From Planctomycetota bacterium (GTDB lineage: Bacteria; Planctomycetota; B15-G4; SIAN01): a stretch of 64,000 bases of DNA. Positions within the stretch are counted from its first letter, which is position 1. Every line of letters starts with the position of its first letter. Shown in pieces: positions 59,459-64,000 of the stretch. The notes under the pieces were generated by a model, which saw nothing but the letters and a program-made list of their open reading frames with translations, was not told where the DNA came from and searched no databases. The DNA lies in contig JANNXA010000051.1 in assembly GCA_031409275.1 (NCBI GenBank), positions 1-64,000 on the forward strand, in the 5' to 3' direction. Made by a program: the position numbers and the translations under genes.

Positions 59459-59904
59459 GCCACGCCGACGACGATTCCCTGCCCGCGGAGCTCACGACAC
59501 GCTTCGTGCGTGGGCTCGCCTGCTTCGAACGCGGCGACTACTACGACGCGCACGAGGAGCTCGAAGAGGTGTGGTCGGGCGAAGTCGGCGCGAAGCGCCA
59601 CGTGCTGCAGGCGCTGATCCAGCTGGCCGTCGCGCTCCACCATCGCGCCAACGGCAACTTCGGGGGCGCCCTGTCGTTGTGCGAGCGCGCGCAGGAGCAC
59701 CTCGCGGCAGTCGCCGAAGTGACCTGTTTCATCGAACCCGCGCCGCTGGCGGCACGCATCGGGGCGATCGAGCGCGAAGCCAGAACGCAGCGAAACGCCG
59801 CGAATCCTCGCTTCGAAAGCACTCTGGTGCCGTCGTTCGCCGACGCGCTCGCCTCGGCGCATGCGGCACGGCAGGCGCGCGGCTTGCCGCCGATCTCGCC
59901 CTGA
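59455..59904 (+). CDS. DUF309 domain protein
   Basis: FERGDYYDAHEELEEVW...QALIQLAVALHH...GN. Confidence 0.9.
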   Translation: MSHADDDSLPAELTTRFVRGLACFERGDYYDAHEELEEVWSGEVGAKRHVLQALIQLAVALHHRANGNFGGALSLCERAQEHLAAVAEVTCFIEPAPLAARIGAIEREARTQRNAANPRFESTLVPSFADALASAHAARQARGLPPISP

Positions 59905-59912
59905 CGCGGAGG

Positions 59913-60950
59913 TCAGCGCGAGCGGGTCGCCTTGGGGCTCTTGGTCGCCAACGGCTCGACGGGCGTGTCGCCGCGCAACTGCACTCCGCGCCCATCGGGC
60001 GAGAGCTGCGCCGAGGCGAGATCGGCATCGGCCGCCGCCACGAGTTCCTCCGCACCCGACTTGGCTCCGCCCGATTGGACCGCGACTCCGATCCGCAGCG
60101 TGATCGGAACCTCGCGCTCCCCGGCCATCACGGTGCGACCGGCAAGGCTGTCGAGAATGCGCTGCGCCACCACGCGCACGCCCTCGAGCGGCGTGTTCGG
60201 CAGCAGCAGATGGAAGCGCGAAGGAGTCGCGCGACCCGCGACGTCGACGTCGCGCGACTCGCACAAGAAGACGCCTGCCACCTCCAGCAACGCCTCGTCA
60301 CCGGTCGCACGACCGTGCTTCTCGACGAGCTGGTCGTAGCCCGCCACCTCCGCGGACAGCAACGCGAGCGGCTGGCCGTAACGGCCGGCCCGCTTGCACT
60401 CCTCCTCGATCTTGAGCGCGAGGTAATCGCGCAGGACGAGGCCGGTCAGCCGATCGGTCACCTTGGAGATCAGCGATTCGTCGGCGTCGCCTTGCGGCTC
60501 GCCGATCAGGTCGCGGAAGAGGCGATCGTTGCGCGCCGAAGTCGGGTCGCGCGAAGAGAGCTCGAGCGGATCGACCGCACCCCAATCGGCACCGAGGAGA
60601 GCGTTCAACTTCGCGCTCGGCGGCGTCCCGAACAGGACGCGCTTCGCACCGACGTGACGTGCGCGCGCACGCACGTACGGATCCTCCGCGTCGGCGATGA
60701 GGACGGTCGGGATCGCGGCGCGCGTCGTCGTAGCGACTGCAAGCTCGCGACAAAGCTCGAAGCCCGAAACCGTGGCGAGCATGCAGGAGGCGATCAGCAG
60801 GTCGACAGGAGCCTTCGCGGCCGCATCGCGCACCGCCAAGCCGTCGGCCGCTTCGGAAACCTCCGCCCCGGACGCCCGCAACACCGCGACGATGCGCGCG
60901 CGCTCGGACGGATCGAAGTGAGCTACCAGGAGACGCTGTCGCTTCGCCAC
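59913..60950 (-). CDS. Pseudo-receiver plus degenerate GGDEF domain protein
   Basis: TDRLTGL, HGRATGDEAL, RDVD I-site; the GGEEF position reads TPSRF. Confidence 0.8.
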   Translation of the reverse strand: MAKRQRLLVAHFDPSERARIVAVLRASGAEVSEAADGLAVRDAAAKAPVDLLIASCMLATVSGFELCRELAVATTTRAAIPTVLIADAEDPYVRARARHVGAKRVLFGTPPSAKLNALLGADWGAVDPLELSSRDPTSARNDRLFRDLIGEPQGDADESLISKVTDRLTGLVLRDYLALKIEEECKRAGRYGQPLALLSAEVAGYDQLVEKHGRATGDEALLEVAGVFLCESRDVDVAGRATPSRFHLLLPNTPLEGVRVVAQRILDSLAGRTVMAGEREVPITLRIGVAVQSGGAKSGAEELVAAADADLASAQLSPDGRGVQLRGDTPVEPLATKSPKATRSR

Positions 60951-61061
60951 TTGCGGGCTCCATCGGCCGTCCCGCGAGAGCGCGGGCGCGACCGCCTCGG
61001 CTCATCGGCGTTGCTGGCCTTGCGACCTTAGAAAAAAATTCCGTTCCTCGCGGACACCGCC

Positions 61062-63533
61062 TCAATCGTCGAGGTAGCCCAGCTCGCGCAGCGCCGCGCG
61101 CTCCTCTTCGCTGAGCGCCCCGCCGGAGCGCGACTCCTGGCTCGGCAAGCGTTGCGCGGCCTCGCGCAGCGCGGCGATCTCGGCGGCGAGACGCCGCGCG
61201 AGGCCAGTGCGGCGGGCGGGCTGCACCCCGCTCAGGTCTTCCTTTTCGGCGAAGTCGCGGTCGAGTTCGAACAGCGCGAGCTGCGGCTCGCCGCCGTCGA
61301 ACTGACGCGACATCAGCTTCCAGGCGCCGAGGTGCAGTGCCGCCTGGCGCGTCGGCGCGTCCGGCTTGCCCAGCACGAGCAGCGGCGGCGAGGGGTCGTC
61401 GGAGGCGGGAGCGAAGACGTCGCGCGCCAACACGCGCGGGTCGCCCGTCAGCGAGAGCCGGGCCGCGAGGGTCGGCGCAACGTCGGCCAGCTCGACGTCC
61501 TCCATGCGGAGACCCGGCTCCACGTTCGGCCCGGCAAGGAGCCACGGCACACGTGTCGATTCGACGTAGAGCGCGTGTCCGTGGCCGGTCTGGCCGTGCT
61601 CGCCGAACTCCTCGCCATGGTCCGCCACGACGCAGACCAGCGTGCGATCGAGCAGGTGGAGCGCGGCGAGTTTTCGAAGCACGGCGCCGACGAGCTCAGC
61701 GTCGACCTGCGCGACCGTCGCCGCGTAGAGAGCGCGAAGTCGCCGCAGCGCCGCCGCGTCACCGCGCAGCAAGGCCGCGCGCAGCGCGATCGGGTCGTCG
61801 CCCGCGACCACTTGCGATGGATCATCGAACCGCTGCAGCCAGGCCGGTGCAGGCGTGTAGTTGTGCACGAAGAAGGTGTGGAGGAAGAGGAAGAACGGCG
61901 CGCCGGCGTGATGGTCGAGCCAGTCCAGCGCCGGTTCGAGGGGAGGCTGATCGACCGCGCGAAGCGAAGGTGCCGGCCGCGGGCGATCGCGACGCAACTG
62001 CGTGCGGCCCATCGGATCGTCGACCGAGTAGAGATCGAAGCCTGCTCCGAAGCCGTAGCTCGGCGCGACGAATCCGCCGCCAGTGAAGGCCGCCGTGGCG
62101 TAGCCCTCCGCGCGCAGCCGCTGCGCGAGCATCAGCGTTCGTTGCGGATCGAGTCGGTCGCCGAGGTCGAGCAGGCCATGCACGTAGGGATGCTGACCGC
62201 TGAAGAGCGACGCATGGGTGGGCAGCGTGTACGACGAGGGTGACCAGACGCGCTCGAAGCGAGCGCCCCGTGCAGCCAGCGCATCGAGCTGCGGCGTGTT
62301 CGCTGCGGCGGTTCCGTAGCAGCCGAGCGCATCGGCGCGCAACGTGTCGATCGAGAGGACCACGAGGTTGAACGCGGGCACCGCATCTGCCGCCGGCACG
62401 GCGCGTTCGCGTGCGACGATGCGCGGTGAAACGACGAATCCGACGGCATCCGGCGCACCCCGCGTCGAGATCTTCAGCTGCGCCGTGCGCCCCGCCCCGC
62501 CCGCGAGATCGGCGCGATGCAACCGCAGCGGTTGGCCCGCTCGCAGCGGCGCGGCCCGCACCGTGTCCAGCGCGATCGGGACGCCATCGAGGGTGATCTC
62601 GAAGCGGAGCTCCGGGCCGGACAACGCCGCGAGCGCTCCGCAGGCGTAGACGAGATCGGCGGGTTCGGGCGGCAGCGCGACCGCGAACGTCGCGTCGGTG
62701 CCGTTGGGGAGCAGCAGTGCGTCGACCGTCGACTGCGCGAGTTCGAGCGTCCGGCGCCGTGGATCGCGTCCGGCGTCGAAGGTCGGTCGCGAGGCTGCGG
62801 CGACCGCGGCGGGAAACGCGACCTCGCGCAGCTCGATGAAGTCGCAGTCGAGCCCCTCCTCGGACGGGATCAGGGAAACGCTCACGCTTCGGCGACCGGG
62901 ACGGGGAGCGAGCGTGAGCGAGACATCGACCCACTCGCCGCCCAGCCGTGGCTCCATCAAGACCGCTTGAGCGGCGTCGATCGCCTCTTCCGAACGGGCG
63001 CGAAGCGCCACCGCGAGGTCCGCGCCTTCCGGCGCCGCGCACCCGTGCGGCAGCACGAAGAGCGCCGCACCGCCCGCCCCGGGAGGGGCGCGCAATCGCG
63101 CACGCACCACGAGCGAAGCTGCCGCCGGAGCCGCGAAGAAGCGATGCAGCCCCTCGTCGCGCGGCTCGAGTCGGAGGAACCGCAGCCCCTCTTCGTGCGC
63201 CGATTCGCCGGTCGCGCGCCGTTCAGGGCTTTCGCCTGCGAGGAGCTCATCGCGCCAGGCGCCGTCGAACCAGGGCGCGTTCGGGGCCGTGTCGAACTCT
63301 TCGCGATCGCAACTGCGGGTGACCCCCGCCGCGTCGAGTTCACCGTCGAGTCCCTGCAACGGCCCGTCGAAGCGCGCGCGATCGAGTTGATCGAGCAGCG
63401 GCTGCGAGCGCCCCGCCACGGCGCCAGCAAGGGGCGCGGCACGAGGAGCGGCGGCGGCGGGATGCGAGTCGGATCGCGCCGCGCCGGAGCAACCGACGCA
63501 GCCGACCGCCACGAGCAGCCACGAGTGCTTCAC
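61062..63533 (-). CDS. Sulfatase-family protein (probable lipoprotein) with N-terminal beta domains
   Basis: SIDTLRAD, TPQLD, YTLPTHASLFSG, ADHGEEF, C-terminal LRELGY. Confidence 0.85.
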   Translation of the reverse strand: MKHSWLLVAVGCVGCSGAARSDSHPAAAAPRAAPLAGAVAGRSQPLLDQLDRARFDGPLQGLDGELDAAGVTRSCDREEFDTAPNAPWFDGAWRDELLAGESPERRATGESAHEEGLRFLRLEPRDEGLHRFFAAPAAASLVVRARLRAPPGAGGAALFVLPHGCAAPEGADLAVALRARSEEAIDAAQAVLMEPRLGGEWVDVSLTLAPRPGRRSVSVSLIPSEEGLDCDFIELREVAFPAAVAAASRPTFDAGRDPRRRTLELAQSTVDALLLPNGTDATFAVALPPEPADLVYACGALAALSGPELRFEITLDGVPIALDTVRAAPLRAGQPLRLHRADLAGGAGRTAQLKISTRGAPDAVGFVVSPRIVARERAVPAADAVPAFNLVVLSIDTLRADALGCYGTAAANTPQLDALAARGARFERVWSPSSYTLPTHASLFSGQHPYVHGLLDLGDRLDPQRTLMLAQRLRAEGYATAAFTGGGFVAPSYGFGAGFDLYSVDDPMGRTQLRRDRPRPAPSLRAVDQPPLEPALDWLDHHAGAPFFLFLHTFFVHNYTPAPAWLQRFDDPSQVVAGDDPIALRAALLRGDAAALRRLRALYAATVAQVDAELVGAVLRKLAALHLLDRTLVCVVADHGEEFGEHGQTGHGHALYVESTRVPWLLAGPNVEPGLRMEDVELADVAPTLAARLSLTGDPRVLARDVFAPASDDPSPPLLVLGKPDAPTRQAALHLGAWKLMSRQFDGGEPQLALFELDRDFAEKEDLSGVQPARRTGLARRLAAEIAALREAAQRLPSQESRSGGALSEEERAALRELGYLDD

Positions 63534-63658
63534 GCTGCGACCCGCCGCGCAACGAGGCGACGCAGGGCATTCGCGACGACGCCGCCCCGCTCGCGCGTTT
63601 GCTGCGAATCGTGGCGGCGACCGTCCAACGAACCGACTCCCGCGGAGCGGGCTGGCGC

Positions 63659-64000
63659 TCAGCGCTTCGAGAACTGGAAGCGACGACGGGCGCCGCGCTG
63701 ACCGTACTTCTTGCGTTCCTTCATGCGACTGTCGCGAGTGAGGAAGCCGGTGGCTCGCAGGACGGGCTCGAGCGTCTCATCCGCGTTGCACAGCGCGCGC
63801 GACAGGCCCATGCGCACGGCGCCAGCCTGACCCACCGGACCGCCACCGCGCACGTTCACGAAGACGTCCCACTTGTTCTCGGCCGCGATGGTCACGAGCG
63901 GCGCGCGCGAGTCGCCGATCTCCTGCATCGTCGGGAAGAAGATCTTCGCGTCCTTGTCGTTCACCATGAAAATGCCGGTGCCTTCACGCACGCGCACCCG
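63659..64000 (-). CDS. rpsI: 30S ribosomal protein S9 (5' end outside the window)
   Basis: VRGGG..GQAGA, LTRDSRMKERKKYG...FQFSKR. Confidence 0.97.
   Translation of the reverse strand, partial: RVRVREGTGIFMVNDKDAKIFFPTMQEIGDSRAPLVTIAAENKWDVFVNVRGGGPVGQAGAVRMGLSRALCNADETLEPVLRATGFLTRDSRMKERKKYGQRGARRRFQFSKR

Overview
A 64-kb, very GC-rich bacterial chromosomal window with about 48 genes. The gene content suggests a Planctomycetota-like organism (inference): three ASPIC/UnbV FG-GAP proteins, a TPR Ser/Thr kinase, an atypical sulfatase and a HEAT lipoprotein. Housekeeping and metabolic genes include glgC, a GalT-like nucleotidyltransferase, two GH57 enzymes, cystathionine beta-synthase, a Cu-type P1B ATPase, folC, aroB, dprA, lon, a FabZ-like dehydratase, an RNase HII-like nuclease, a Kdo kinase-like gene, a GT9 heptosyltransferase and rpsI (partial). 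There are two histidine kinase/sigma-54 activator pairs. I saw no CRISPR array, tRNA or rRNA. The most interesting signals are non-coding. (1) A consensus sigma-54 promoter with a candidate enhancer drives a gene-less, highly structured ~155-nt unit with its own terminator, directly behind an FG-GAP protein/kinase/bEBP operon; this is a candidate new sigma-54 sRNA system. (2) A 165-bp palindromic MITE-like element sits in frame inside a Ni/Co-transporter-like gene. (3) An IS50/Tn5-like 19-bp end truncates a methyltransferase at the left edge. (4) A second hairpin-dense region lies behind a pseudo-receiver gene. All family calls come from motif recognition by eye; no database searches were run.
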